A DNA stretch of 64,000 nt from Candidatus Fermentibacteraceae bacterium (GTDB lineage Bacteria > Fermentibacterota > Fermentibacteria > Fermentibacterales > JCC-6), in NCBI GenBank assembly GCA_041750285.1, contig JBGSZS010000002.1, positions 64,001 through 128,000 of the forward strand, read 5' to 3'. The notes below the pieces were generated by a model. That model saw nothing but the letters and a program-made list of their open reading frames with translations, was not told the DNA's origin and did not search any database. This document shows, piece after piece, positions 17,926 to 27,504 of the stretch. Made by a program: the position numbers and the translations under genes. Positions within the stretch are counted from its first letter, which is position 1; each line of letters starts with the position of its first letter.

Positions 17926-19970
17926 TGCTCGTCCGACTTGTATTCGGCCTGGATGCGATCCTGCACCTCTCTCGGAACAGGGTCGTAGTGGCTGAACTCC
18001 TGTGTGAAGCTGCCCCTGGCCTGCGTGAGGGAACGCAGTGAACTCGTGTACTGGTAAAGCTCGGCCTCGGGGACCAGGGCCTTGATGATCTGGAAAGCGC
18101 CCTGCCCCTCCATGCCCTGTATCTTTCCACGCCGGGAGTTGAGGTCACCCATGACGTCACCCATGAACTCTTCGGGCACCGTGACCTCGAGGGCCATGAT
18201 CGGCTCGAGAAGGGTGGGTCCCGCCTGCATCATGACCTCCTGGAAGCACTTGCTTGAGGCGAGCTTGAACGCCATGTCCGATGAATCAACCGAGTGCGAG
18301 CTTCCATCGAAGACCACGGCCTTCACATCCACCACGCGGCTGCCGGATACCGGACCCTTGTGGAGGGTTTCGAGCACGCCCTTTTCCACCGCGGGTATGA
18401 ACTTGGTGGGAACGGTCCCGCCGACAACCTCGCTGGTGAACTGGAAACCGGTTCCCCTGGGAAGCGGATCGAGCCTGAGGTAGACATGGCCGTACTGACC
18501 CCTGCCGCCGGACTGCTTCTTGTGCTTGTAGCTTCCCTGTGCGCTTTTCGAGATGGTCTCGTGGTAGGCGATCCGGGGCTTGAAGATCTCGGCGTCGACA
18601 CCGGTGAGGTCTTTCAGGCGGTTGAGCATCGTGTTGAGATGAAGCTCGCCCATGCCGCTGACCGTGGTCTGGTTGATGTCGGGCTCCATGCGGGAGATGA
18701 ATGTCAGGTCCATGCTGGCGAGCTTGTTGAGCCCAACGCCCATCTTGTCCTCCTCACCGCGTTTTTTCGGGGCGATGGCAGCCCTGTAGACGGGGTTGGG
18801 GAAGACGATGGGGGTCAGTGTGATCCCGGCGGACTTGTCGGCGAGGGTGTCGTTGGTGGAGGTGTTCTTGAGCTTCGCAACGGCGATAATGTCGCCGCAG
18901 ACCATGGAGGAGGCGTCCACCCGGTTCGGGCCGTGCATGTGGTAGTAGTTTCCAAGCCTTTCGCCCGAGTTCTTCTCCATGTTGTGCACTTCCTTCGAAC
19001 CCTCAAGGGCGCCGCTCACCACCCTGATGTAGACCATTTCGCCGACATGTCTGTCCAGCTTGGTGCTGAAAGCCCTTGCGACGAACGGTCCCCTCGGGTT
19101 GGCCTGCAGAATGTCGCCGCCCTGAACCCTGGCGCCCCTGAATTCGAGGGCCGAAGGAATGCACTGCAGGATGCCGTCGAGCAGGGCTTCCTGGCCTGCG
19201 GCGGGAATCGCCACGCCGGCGAACAGCGGGAAGAGCCCCCTGCTGCTCACGGCCCCCCGGATTCCCCGGGCCAGTTCCTCCGGCGTGAGGCTGTCGTTGG
19301 CGAAGTACTGCTCCATGAGTTCTTCGTCGGCCTCGGCCGCCTGTTCCGTCAGCTCCGCCATGTATTCCTCGATCTTCTCGGCGGAACTGGCGGGAAGGGG
19401 AATCTCCTTTCCGGAGAGGTCGTAGGCCTTGCCCGTGAGAAGGTGCACCAGTCCCTTGCAGCCGTCGCTCTCCATGATGGGAAAGACGAAGGGGATGACC
19501 GCCTTGGAAAGCATTTCCCGGGCCTGGAGCAGGGCGCGTTCGAAGTCGGCGTTGTCGCGGTCCACACGGTTCACGAACAGCATGCAGGGAGTGTTCATCT
19601 CTTCCGCATACTTCCAGGTCTTGTACGAACCGACCTCGACGGCATCGGTGCAGTCAAGCACGATGAGGGCGCCGTCCGAGGCGCTTATCGCCGCAATGGT
19701 GTCGCCGTGGAAGTCTGCCAGCCCGGGAGTGTCGATGAGATTGATCTTGGTGTCGTTCCACTCGCAGATGCCAACGGTGGAAGTGAGACTGTGCTTTTTC
19801 TCGCGGCTTTCGGTCGTGTAGTCGAACAGGCTTGTACCGTCGTCCACGCTGCCCTGTCTTTCCGCTCCTCCCGAGCGAAAGACCAGCGAATCGCAAAGGC
19901 TTGTCTTGCCGACCGATCCGTGGCCGCAAACGGCTATCGTGCGAAGTTTGTCGGGGGTGTAGGTTTTCAT
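17922..19970 (-). CDS. fusA: Elongation factor G paralogue (EF-G2 type)
   Basis: GHGSVGKTS, DTPG, GMGELHL, HKKQSGGRGQYG, HSVDSSDMAF, LLEPIM; divergent switch I and G4 (NRVD); not in an rpsL-rpsG-tuf context. Confidence 0.93.
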   Translation of the reverse strand: MKTYTPDKLRTIAVCGHGSVGKTSLCDSLVFRSGGAERQGSVDDGTSLFDYTTESREKKHSLTSTVGICEWNDTKINLIDTPGLADFHGDTIAAISASDGALIVLDCTDAVEVGSYKTWKYAEEMNTPCMLFVNRVDRDNADFERALLQAREMLSKAVIPFVFPIMESDGCKGLVHLLTGKAYDLSGKEIPLPASSAEKIEEYMAELTEQAAEADEELMEQYFANDSLTPEELARGIRGAVSSRGLFPLFAGVAIPAAGQEALLDGILQCIPSALEFRGARVQGGDILQANPRGPFVARAFSTKLDRHVGEMVYIRVVSGALEGSKEVHNMEKNSGERLGNYYHMHGPNRVDASSMVCGDIIAVAKLKNTSTNDTLADKSAGITLTPIVFPNPVYRAAIAPKKRGEEDKMGVGLNKLASMDLTFISRMEPDINQTTVSGMGELHLNTMLNRLKDLTGVDAEIFKPRIAYHETISKSAQGSYKHKKQSGGRGQYGHVYLRLDPLPRGTGFQFTSEVVGGTVPTKFIPAVEKGVLETLHKGPVSGSRVVDVKAVVFDGSSHSVDSSDMAFKLASSKCFQEVMMQAGPTLLEPIMALEVTVPEEFMGDVMGDLNSRRGKIQGMEGQGAFQIIKALVPEAELYQYTSSLRSLTQARGSFTQEFSHYDPVPREVQDRIQAEYKSDEQ

Positions 19971-20113
19971 TGGGCACTCCTGGGTTTTAGCTTGGATATC
20001 TATAAGTAAAATATAATTACCGCTTTTGTAACGGGAACACAATATTACCGCTTCAACGGGATGCCTGTCAACGCCATTCCGATCCATCGTCACGGGCAAC
20101 CACGGAGAGAGTG

Positions 20114-20410
20114 ATGAGCGGACTTCTCGAGACCCTTCCAGTAGCCGGCGCTGTTGCGGCGGGAGCCTTCGTGCTGCTCCGCGCGTTCCGGGAGCTGTTT
20201 GGGGGAACCAGCCGGCAGGACGCCTACAGGCGCATGAACCAGGAGTACGAAAAAAAGAGGATCACCGGCAGGAATACCCCCAAATGCCCCCTTTGCGGCG
20301 GCTTCACTGAAAAGGTGCCTTACAGGTTCATAAGCGTCTGGCGGTGTATCCGCTACCCCGAATGCAGGGGATTCGTAAGGGCGAAGAGGGGCAAACCCCG
20401 CTTCAGGTAG
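20114..20410 (+). CDS. Small membrane-anchored protein with topoisomerase-type C4 zinc ribbon
   Basis: N-terminal hydrophobic helix; CPLCGG...WRCIRYPECRG; GGAG RBS. Confidence 0.7.
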   Translation: MSGLLETLPVAGAVAAGAFVLLRAFRELFGGTSRQDAYRRMNQEYEKKRITGRNTPKCPLCGGFTEKVPYRFISVWRCIRYPECRGFVRAKRGKPRFR

Positions 20411-20499
20411 GCAAACGGTCTGGTGTTGCTGTTGCTTTCACCAGTTCGAACCGGGGTTCCTGCTCGTCGGGAACAGAAACGGAAATCGGAGCAGCTCAA

Positions 20500-22575
20500 G
20501 TGCAACAGGATGGCAGAATAACTTCCCACCCCATATTGCCCTCTCCGGAAGGGAAATGGGTTCGATTCCTCCTCAACGGCAGAGAATGCATCGGGCGTGA
20601 GGGGGAAATGGTTTCATCGGCGGTGTTCGCCACAGGTCAGAGGGTTTTCGGCCACCATCCCAAAGATGGCTCCCCGCAGGGGCTTTTCTGTGCAAACGGT
20701 CAGTGTTCCCAGTGTACCCTGGTGATTGACGGCGTCGCAAGGAAAAGCTGCATTACGCCCCTCGTGGAAGGGATGCGGGTGTGCACGCTCGAAGGTCTTC
20801 CCGAACTCGGAATGGCTTCCCGTGAGATCGTGAAGCCGCCGGTTTCGATCGAAACCGATGTTCTGGTGATAGGCGCCGGTCCGGCAGGGATGGCAGCTGC
20901 CGACGAGATGGGCAGCGCCGGTCTCGGTGTCATCCTTGTCGATGACAAGGACAGGCCCGGCGGCAAGCTCGTTCTTCAGACGCACAAGTTCTTTGGTTCA
21001 GTTGCGGACTGCCACGCGGGAACAAGGGGCGTGCGGATAGCGGAAATGCTTTCAGGGAGCCTGGCCGCCCACCCATCGGTCAAGGTCTGGCTTTCCTCGA
21101 CGGTTCTCGCGGTGTTCAGCGACGGGGTCGTGGGGATCCAGCGGCCGGAGGGCTATGCCATGGTCAGGCCCAGGCGTCTGCTCGTGGCTGCCGGCGCCCG
21201 CGAGAAGTCCCTTCCGTTTCCGGGGTGCACACTCCCGGGAGTTTACGGCGCCGGAGCCTTCCAGACCCTTGTGAACCGTGACCTGATAAGATGCAGTTCC
21301 CGGATCTTCATCCTTGGCGGGGGCAACGTCGGGCTCATAGGGGCCTACCACGCCCTGCAGGCTGGGATGACCGTCGTGGGGATAGCCGAGGGGGCTGCCC
21401 GCTGCGGCGGCTACAAGGTCCACGCGGACAAGATCAGAAGGATGGGAGTGCCGATATACACGGGACACTCGGTGATCTCCGCCCATGGCGGCGAAAAGCT
21501 TGAAGCCGTTACCCTCTGCGCCGTTGACCCGGCTTTCCGCAGCATTCCCGGCACTGAGAAGAGCTTTGCCGTCGACACTCTCCTCGTGGCCGTGGGGCTC
21601 AATCCAGTGAACGAGTTCCACACCAGGGCCGTGGAGTTCGGCATGGATTCCAGACTTGCCGGAGACGCCGAAGAGATAGCGGAAGCGAGCGCGGCGATGT
21701 TCGGCGGAAGGATAAGGGGCAGGGAGATCGCCTGCGAGCTTGCCCCGTCAACCGCTGCCTGTCCCGTGGACTGGTCCGGGAAGGCCATGATCCTCAAGAG
21801 CCCCGGGGGCGAAGTTCTGCCGTATTCCCCTCCCGGCCTTCAAACCGGTGTGTTCCCCGTGCTCCACTGCACTCAGGAGATACCCTGCAATCCGTGCATG
21901 ACATCCTGTCCGAAAGACCTCATAGGCACCTCCGGCCACCCCATACTCGGAGTTCCGGAGTACTCCGGCGGATGCATCGGCTGCAGGAAATGCGTTGCTG
22001 TATGTCCGGGGCTGGCGGTCACCCTGGCGGACTTCCGTCGTGACCCCCTGAATCCCACGGTGACGCTTCCCTGGGAGTTCTCCGACGACCTCCTGAAATC
22101 CGGCGAAACAGTGGAAGTCATGGACTGGGAGGGGGAATCGCTGGGCGGGGGCAGGGTTCTGGGAATCAAACCTGCGCCCGGCTATCCCGGGACCCGGCTG
22201 CTCGACCTCATCGTCGATTCCGCCATCGCTGACCGGGTGGCGGGTGTCAGGGTTCAGAAGGCCACGGTCACGCTTCCACTGGACAAGCCCCTCGCGACCA
22301 TTCCCGCAGACGATGCCGTGGTGTGCCGGTGCGAAAGGGTCACCGCCGGCGAGATCAGGGCACTTCTCCGAAACGGCGTGCGCGACATGAACCAGCTGAA
22401 GGCGCTCACAAGGGCGGGTTTCGGCGCCTGCGGGGGAAAGACCTGCAGAACCCTCATTGAATCGGTGATCCGATCCGAGGGCATCCCGCCGGATGAGGTC
22501 ACGGGCTTCACCGAAAGACCGCTGTTCGCCGAGGTGGAACTGGGCCATTTCGCCGGCCCGGGGGAGGATGCGTAA
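20500..22575 (+). CDS. FAD/NAD-dependent oxidoreductase with [2Fe-2S], [4Fe-4S] and BFD-like domains (sarcosine oxidase alpha / dye-linked proline dehydrogenase-like fusion)
   Basis: GLFCANGQCSQC, GAGPAG, GGGNVGL, CNPCMTSCP and CIGCRKCVAVCP, VCRCERVT...RAGFGACGGKTC; GTG start after GGAG. Confidence 0.88.
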   Translation: MQQDGRITSHPILPSPEGKWVRFLLNGRECIGREGEMVSSAVFATGQRVFGHHPKDGSPQGLFCANGQCSQCTLVIDGVARKSCITPLVEGMRVCTLEGLPELGMASREIVKPPVSIETDVLVIGAGPAGMAAADEMGSAGLGVILVDDKDRPGGKLVLQTHKFFGSVADCHAGTRGVRIAEMLSGSLAAHPSVKVWLSSTVLAVFSDGVVGIQRPEGYAMVRPRRLLVAAGAREKSLPFPGCTLPGVYGAGAFQTLVNRDLIRCSSRIFILGGGNVGLIGAYHALQAGMTVVGIAEGAARCGGYKVHADKIRRMGVPIYTGHSVISAHGGEKLEAVTLCAVDPAFRSIPGTEKSFAVDTLLVAVGLNPVNEFHTRAVEFGMDSRLAGDAEEIAEASAAMFGGRIRGREIACELAPSTAACPVDWSGKAMILKSPGGEVLPYSPPGLQTGVFPVLHCTQEIPCNPCMTSCPKDLIGTSGHPILGVPEYSGGCIGCRKCVAVCPGLAVTLADFRRDPLNPTVTLPWEFSDDLLKSGETVEVMDWEGESLGGGRVLGIKPAPGYPGTRLLDLIVDSAIADRVAGVRVQKATVTLPLDKPLATIPADDAVVCRCERVTAGEIRALLRNGVRDMNQLKALTRAGFGACGGKTCRTLIESVIRSEGIPPDEVTGFTERPLFAEVELGHFAGPGEDA

Positions 22576-22576
22576 T

Positions 22577-23719
22577 ATGAATGCCGATGTGATCGTTATC
22601 GGAGCTGGAAGTGTTGGCACCCCCCTGGCTATGTACCTTTCCGAGGCAGGTGTTCGAACCCTCGTCATCGATGCCGGAGCATCCGCCGGACAGGGCAACA
22701 ACAAATGTGCCATCGGGGGTATCCGGGCCACCCATGGCGACCCTGCGAAAGTTGCGCTGTGCCTCGACTCTCTGGCCGTGTTCCGCACCTGGCAGGAAGA
22801 ACACGGAGAGTCGATCGGCTGGCATCAGGGCGGTTACTCCTTCGTGGCCTACACGCGTGAGATCGCCGATTCGCTTCGGGGAATGATCCCCTCTCAAAGG
22901 CAGGCGGGGCTCGACATCGACTGGCACGACCCCGGTTTCATCCGCGAACTCGTTCCAGGGATCAACCCCGATGGGCTTCTGGGCGGAACCTTCTCCCCCG
23001 GCGACGGCAGCGCCAGCCCCATGAAAAGCTGCTACGCCTTCCACTCGAGGGCGGCGGCGCTGGGCGCCCGCTTCCTGTTCAGGGAGCGCGTGACCGGAAT
23101 CGAAGGAAGCGCGGGTGTATACACGGTCAGAACCAATCTCGGCTCGCACCGGTCCGGGGTACTGGTGAACTGCGCCGGTTCCAGCGCACGGGAAATCGGG
23201 CGCATGGTCGGCATTGACCTTCCGGTCGTACCCGACAGCCATGAAGCCGGAATAACCGAACCGGTCAGAAGATTCTTCCACCCCATGGTGGTTGACCTCA
23301 GGCGTGTGCCGGGTTCGTCCAACTACTACTTCTACCAGTACGACTCAGGCCAGGTGGTTTTCTGCGTGTCGCCCGACCCCTTGATCACCGGCACCGATCA
23401 CAGGGAAACCTCGGTCTTCCTGCCACAGGTAGCCTCGAGAATGGTCAACCTGTGGCCCGCTCTGGCCAACCTGAAGGTCCGCCGGACATGGCGGGGGTGC
23501 TACCCCCAGACACCGGACGGGTCTCCCATCATTGGTCAGGCGGGGCCCGAGGGAAGCTACGTGGCTGTGGGTATGTGCGGACAGGGCTTCATGCTGGGTC
23601 CCGGGGCCGGTTCGGCCCTGGCACGGTTGATCACCGGACAGCCCACCCCGACGGATCTCATGGTGATGGAGTCGATGAGGGCGGACAGGGAGTTCGTCAG
23701 CACCGAGGCTCTGAAGTAG
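22577..23719 (+). CDS. FAD-dependent oxidoreductase, DAO family (sarcosine oxidase beta / proline dehydrogenase catalytic subunit-like)
   Basis: VIVIGAGSVG, WRGCYPQTPDGSPIIG, GMCGQGFMLGP. Confidence 0.9.
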   Translation: MNADVIVIGAGSVGTPLAMYLSEAGVRTLVIDAGASAGQGNNKCAIGGIRATHGDPAKVALCLDSLAVFRTWQEEHGESIGWHQGGYSFVAYTREIADSLRGMIPSQRQAGLDIDWHDPGFIRELVPGINPDGLLGGTFSPGDGSASPMKSCYAFHSRAAALGARFLFRERVTGIEGSAGVYTVRTNLGSHRSGVLVNCAGSSAREIGRMVGIDLPVVPDSHEAGITEPVRRFFHPMVVDLRRVPGSSNYYFYQYDSGQVVFCVSPDPLITGTDHRETSVFLPQVASRMVNLWPALANLKVRRTWRGCYPQTPDGSPIIGQAGPEGSYVAVGMCGQGFMLGPGAGSALARLITGQPTPTDLMVMESMRADREFVSTEALK

Positions 23720-23720
23720 C

Positions 23721-24134
23721 TCAGAGGGAGATCAGCACACCGGCCGCAAGAGCCATTGCTATTCCCGCGTAGTTCAGTGCGGAGAGCCGTTCCTTCAGGA
23801 ACAGGACCCCGAAGGCAACCGCGAATATCGGGTAAAGGGCGCTGATGGCCGTTGTGGTGCTTACGGGACCCTCCGACAGGGCCTTCTGGAAGAACACCAC
23901 CGCAAGGCCGCCCAGAATGCCGGCAAACACGGCAATCGCAACTCCGGTTGTGTCCATTCCCCTGAGGCTCTTCCCCAGGCTCGTGAATATTACCACGGTC
24001 GTGGTTACCGATGCTATGGTGTACACCATTACCGATGGCCAGTGCCCGATCCGCTGGGCCGACAGTTTTATGAGAATGGCCCATACCCCCCACATGCTGG
24101 TGGCGGCAAGGCTGTAGAGAATGTGCTTCTGCAA
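23721..24134 (-). CDS. Single-domain EamA/DMT family transporter
   Basis: TTG start after AGGAGG; five TM helices; ALSEGPVS...LYP...LFLKERLS signature. Confidence 0.88.
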   Translation of the reverse strand: MQKHILYSLAATSMWGVWAILIKLSAQRIGHWPSVMVYTIASVTTTVVIFTSLGKSLRGMDTTGVAIAVFAGILGGLAVVFFQKALSEGPVSTTTAISALYPIFAVAFGVLFLKERLSALNYAGIAMALAAGVLISL

Positions 24135-24284
24135 CGCAATACCTCCTGAACCCCCGATCATCGCTCCAAGGCCACGGTTGCGCAAGGAGCGCCGCTTCGG
24201 AACACCGGCTTTCTGCCGGGGATACTGAAGGCTATAATCCTTTCTTCGCAACAGTTCATGAAACTCTCCCGGGAGGCTTGAAAA

Positions 24285-25952
24285 GTGATAAACAGGTATC
24301 TTTTTCTGATCCTTGTCGTTGCCCTTGCACAGGGGCTTTACGCCGAGATGTCGGTCTGCGGGACCGAAGAGCTGATGCCCATCGGCTTCACCGAGTCGGA
24401 ACTTGCCAAGCTTCCCATGCGGGGCGGCAGGTTCGAACCCACTGCGCCGCCTCCCGCCGGGGTGCGGAACCCGGGCGAGTTCGAGGCGGCCACGGGGATA
24501 ATGGTGAGATGGCCTCTGGGCGTGCCCTACAGCTTCCTCACCGATGTCTCCAACAACTCATACCTGTGGGTGATAGTGTCCAGCACCCAGCAGACAACGG
24601 CTTACAACTCCCTCCAGAGCGCCGGGGTGAACATGGACAACACCGGCTTCATCATAGCCCCGACGAATTCGGTCTGGGTGAGGGACTACGGCCCATGGTT
24701 CATCACACTGCCGGACGGCACCCAGGGAATATTCAACTACGAATACAACCGTCCCGAGCGCCCGCAGGACAACCTGATCCCAATCGCCATCGGCGCGGCC
24801 TGGGGAATCCCCGTCTACTCTTCGTCCATAATCCACACCGGCGGCAACTACATGTCGGGAGGGCTCGGTGAATCCATGTCCACCAACCTCGTCTACGTTG
24901 AGAACGACGAGCCCGATACATGGGTGGACCTTCAGATGTATGATTACCTGGGCGTTACCGACTACAGCACCTTCCCTGACCCACAGGGCAGCTACATCGA
25001 CCACATCGACTGCTGGTCGAAGATGCTTTCTCCGGACCGCCTGATGGTCCTTCAGGTGCCGCCATCCCATCCCGACTACGCCGCCCTCGAAGCCGTCGCG
25101 AGCCTGATGGCCACAATGGAGTGCCCGTACGGATACCCCTGGGATGTCTACAGGGTCTACTCGAGCGGAACCGAGGGCTACGTGAACGGTCTGCTCCACA
25201 ACGACACGTACTACATGCCAATATGGAATACCGGCAACGACTCACCTGCGGTGGCATCCTTCCAGCAGGCCCTGCCGGGCTACACGGTCAAGACCGTCTT
25301 CTATTCGGGATTCCAGAACACGGACGCCCTTCACTGCCGGAGCCGCAACGTGATGGACCGCTACGCGCTCTGGGTTGACCACACTCCCGTGAATCAGGAA
25401 CAGGGCACGGGCGCGGTGACCGTCGAGGCCTTCATAAGACCCCATCCCGACAACACGCTCACCAGCCACAACCTCAACTACCGCACGGGCTCGGGAAGTT
25501 TCACGACCGTGGCCATGACCTCCATGGGCGGCAACATCTACTCGGCCCAGATCCCGGGTTACGGTCCGGGAACCACGGTGGAGTACTACATCTCCGCTTC
25601 CGACAACTCAGGTCGCACTGCCCAGCATCCCCTCTTCGCCCCCGATTCGTGGTTCAACACGTACTCCACGGGCGGAACGGGGATCTCGGACCTCGAGAAT
25701 CCCGTAATGGGTGTTTCGATGCTGTCCCCCAACCCTTTCAGCACCGCGATGGTTTTTTCCACCGAAGGCAGGCCGGGAGACATGATGGTGTTCGACGCAT
25801 CCGGAAGGCTCGTCCACCGCACCACCACGACGGGAGAGGCTCTTCTGCAGTGGGTTCCCGCTTCCGGCATCCCAAGCGGGGTCTACTTCGCCGTTCTTGA
25901 GATCCAGGGCAACACCAGTTCACGGGCTCTGGTCTACCTTGAGGGAAGGTAA
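24285..25952 (+). CDS. Secreted agmatine / peptidyl-arginine deiminase family protein with T9SS-type CTD
   Basis: Signal peptide; PGEFE, WVRDYGP, GGN, DHID and ALHC motifs; Ig-like domain; CTD SPNPF...FDASGRLV...PSGVYF. Confidence 0.9.
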   Translation: MINRYLFLILVVALAQGLYAEMSVCGTEELMPIGFTESELAKLPMRGGRFEPTAPPPAGVRNPGEFEAATGIMVRWPLGVPYSFLTDVSNNSYLWVIVSSTQQTTAYNSLQSAGVNMDNTGFIIAPTNSVWVRDYGPWFITLPDGTQGIFNYEYNRPERPQDNLIPIAIGAAWGIPVYSSSIIHTGGNYMSGGLGESMSTNLVYVENDEPDTWVDLQMYDYLGVTDYSTFPDPQGSYIDHIDCWSKMLSPDRLMVLQVPPSHPDYAALEAVASLMATMECPYGYPWDVYRVYSSGTEGYVNGLLHNDTYYMPIWNTGNDSPAVASFQQALPGYTVKTVFYSGFQNTDALHCRSRNVMDRYALWVDHTPVNQEQGTGAVTVEAFIRPHPDNTLTSHNLNYRTGSGSFTTVAMTSMGGNIYSAQIPGYGPGTTVEYYISASDNSGRTAQHPLFAPDSWFNTYSTGGTGISDLENPVMGVSMLSPNPFSTAMVFSTEGRPGDMMVFDASGRLVHRTTTTGEALLQWVPASGIPSGVYFAVLEIQGNTSSRALVYLEGR

Positions 25953-25955
25953 GCG

Positions 25956-26312
25956 ATGAAAAGGGCATTGACAGTTGTTCTGCTTGCGGCCGTTCTTGCG
26001 CACGCTGCAACGGTTACGCTGGTGAACGGAACGAGGGGCTGGGTCCTCAGTGACGTTTTCGTGAGGCCTGCCGGTTCCGGCTCGGATTGGGGTGAGGACC
26101 GTCTGGGTGACGGGGGTTTCATAGGCATCGGGGCCAGCTGGTCACTTGAAGTGGACCCCGGCGTCTACGACATCAGGGTCGAGGATACGGACGGCGATGG
26201 CTACATACGTCTTTCGGTCCCCCTGGAAACGGCCTTCCGCTGGAAGGTGACCCTCGAGGACATGAACGATCCTCTCCAGACGGCGAACCCGGTATACACG
26301 TGGGGTGGTTGA
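25956..26312 (+). CDS. Small secreted beta-rich hypothetical protein
   Basis: Signal peptide ending AHA; WGEDRLG...PGVYDIRVEDTDGD pattern. Confidence 0.75.
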   Translation: MKRALTVVLLAAVLAHAATVTLVNGTRGWVLSDVFVRPAGSGSDWGEDRLGDGGFIGIGASWSLEVDPGVYDIRVEDTDGDGYIRLSVPLETAFRWKVTLEDMNDPLQTANPVYTWGG

Positions 26313-26338
26313 CAGTAGCAAATGCCTTCAGTTGAAGG

Positions 26339-27421
26339 CTATACGTTGACTATCCGGTACTCCCTGGCGCCCAACCCCATGCGTTCACCGAGCTCAAGGG
26401 CTTTCGTGCCGTCGGTCTGGGGTCTGTGAGCCCTGAACTTGTCAGTACCCGCGGGGCATGTGACGGGCGATCCCTGGATCGTTTCCGCGGCAGTGACCAT
26501 GTCCAGGGATGCCTGGTCGAGAGCTACCGGGTCCTTTGACGCAAGGACTCCGATGTCGGCCACCATCGGGTTTCCACCGTTCCTCATGCAGTCGCAGTCC
26601 GGCGTGACGTTCAGAAGGAAGTTCACGCAGTACTTCACCCTGACGGTGAGGGTAACGGCAAGGGCGTATTCTGTGAGCCTCCGCAGGAACTCGCCCGATT
26701 CCTGATTCCAGTCCACCCCTATCGCGCCGACCGGGCACCTCTGCAGGCATTCGCCGCAGCCCGTGCACCGTGAAGCGTTCAGAACCGCGAGCCCTTCCTG
26801 CATCGAAAGGGCTCCCGATCCGCAGGCCTCAATGCATGTGCCGCACCCCGAGCAGAACTTTGCCTTCACCCGAGGTTTCACCGACGAGTGCTGGAAGAGC
26901 TTCCCGCCTCTGGAGGCGAAACCCATCCCCAGGTTTTTCAGGGTCCCCCCGAAACCGGCCAGCAGATGCCCCTTGAAATGGCTTAGAACGACTGCCGCAT
27001 CGACTTCGGAGAGTATCGACGCAAGCCTTGCAGTTCGTGTTTCGCACCAGCTCGGAAGGTCGACCTTGATCTCGCTGGTGCCCCTCAGGCCGTCGGCAAC
27101 AATGAAGGGGGGAAGCCCCGGCATTGAGAACCCGTGCTGATGGGCCAGAACATGGTAATCGGGTGCCGTCATCCTTCTTCCGCCGTAGAGAACGGTTGTG
27201 TCGGTCAGAAATGCGCGTCCAGCGGGGAGATCGAATGCATCGACGACCTGTTTCACGATCCGGGCCGGGATGAAGGTGGTGTTTCCATCCTCTCCGGGGT
27301 GGATCTTGAAAGCGGCAATGCTCGTGCCCTTTTGCGGAATCACGGCGCCAGCCGGCATTACAAGCCTTTTAAAGCCCTCGGGGTTCATCTCGGACACGGG
27401 GAGGAAATACACATCAGCCAT
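26339..27421 (-). CDS. DUF362 domain Fe-S protein with 2x[4Fe-4S] ferredoxin insert
   Basis: KIHPGEDGN, IVADGLRG, SHFKGH...GFGGTLKNLGMG, CSGCGTCIEAC and CTGCGECLQRCP, TPDCDC, DPVALD. Confidence 0.9.
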   Translation of the reverse strand: MADVYFLPVSEMNPEGFKRLVMPAGAVIPQKGTSIAAFKIHPGEDGNTTFIPARIVKQVVDAFDLPAGRAFLTDTTVLYGGRRMTAPDYHVLAHQHGFSMPGLPPFIVADGLRGTSEIKVDLPSWCETRTARLASILSEVDAAVVLSHFKGHLLAGFGGTLKNLGMGFASRGGKLFQHSSVKPRVKAKFCSGCGTCIEACGSGALSMQEGLAVLNASRCTGCGECLQRCPVGAIGVDWNQESGEFLRRLTEYALAVTLTVRVKYCVNFLLNVTPDCDCMRNGGNPMVADIGVLASKDPVALDQASLDMVTAAETIQGSPVTCPAGTDKFRAHRPQTDGTKALELGERMGLGAREYRIVNV

Positions 27422-27504
27422 TTTCACCGCCTTTCGGAGAATGGAATATAACCGAATGCCGCAGTTTGCTTGCGGCTCTTTTCCTTTCAAAGTATTCTTC
27501 GGCC

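Noticed and set aside
18294..20009. Long alternative-frame ORFs (e.g. 571 aa at 18294-20009, 396 aa at 31492-32682, 377 aa at 14894-16027)
   Set aside because: Shadow ORFs of well-supported genes, expected in GC-rich DNA; no motifs.
26304..26318. TGA in ...TWGG-TGA-CAG-TAG as a C-terminal selenocysteine
   Set aside because: No neighbouring Cys or redox motif and no convincing downstream hairpin; an ordinary stop is simpler.
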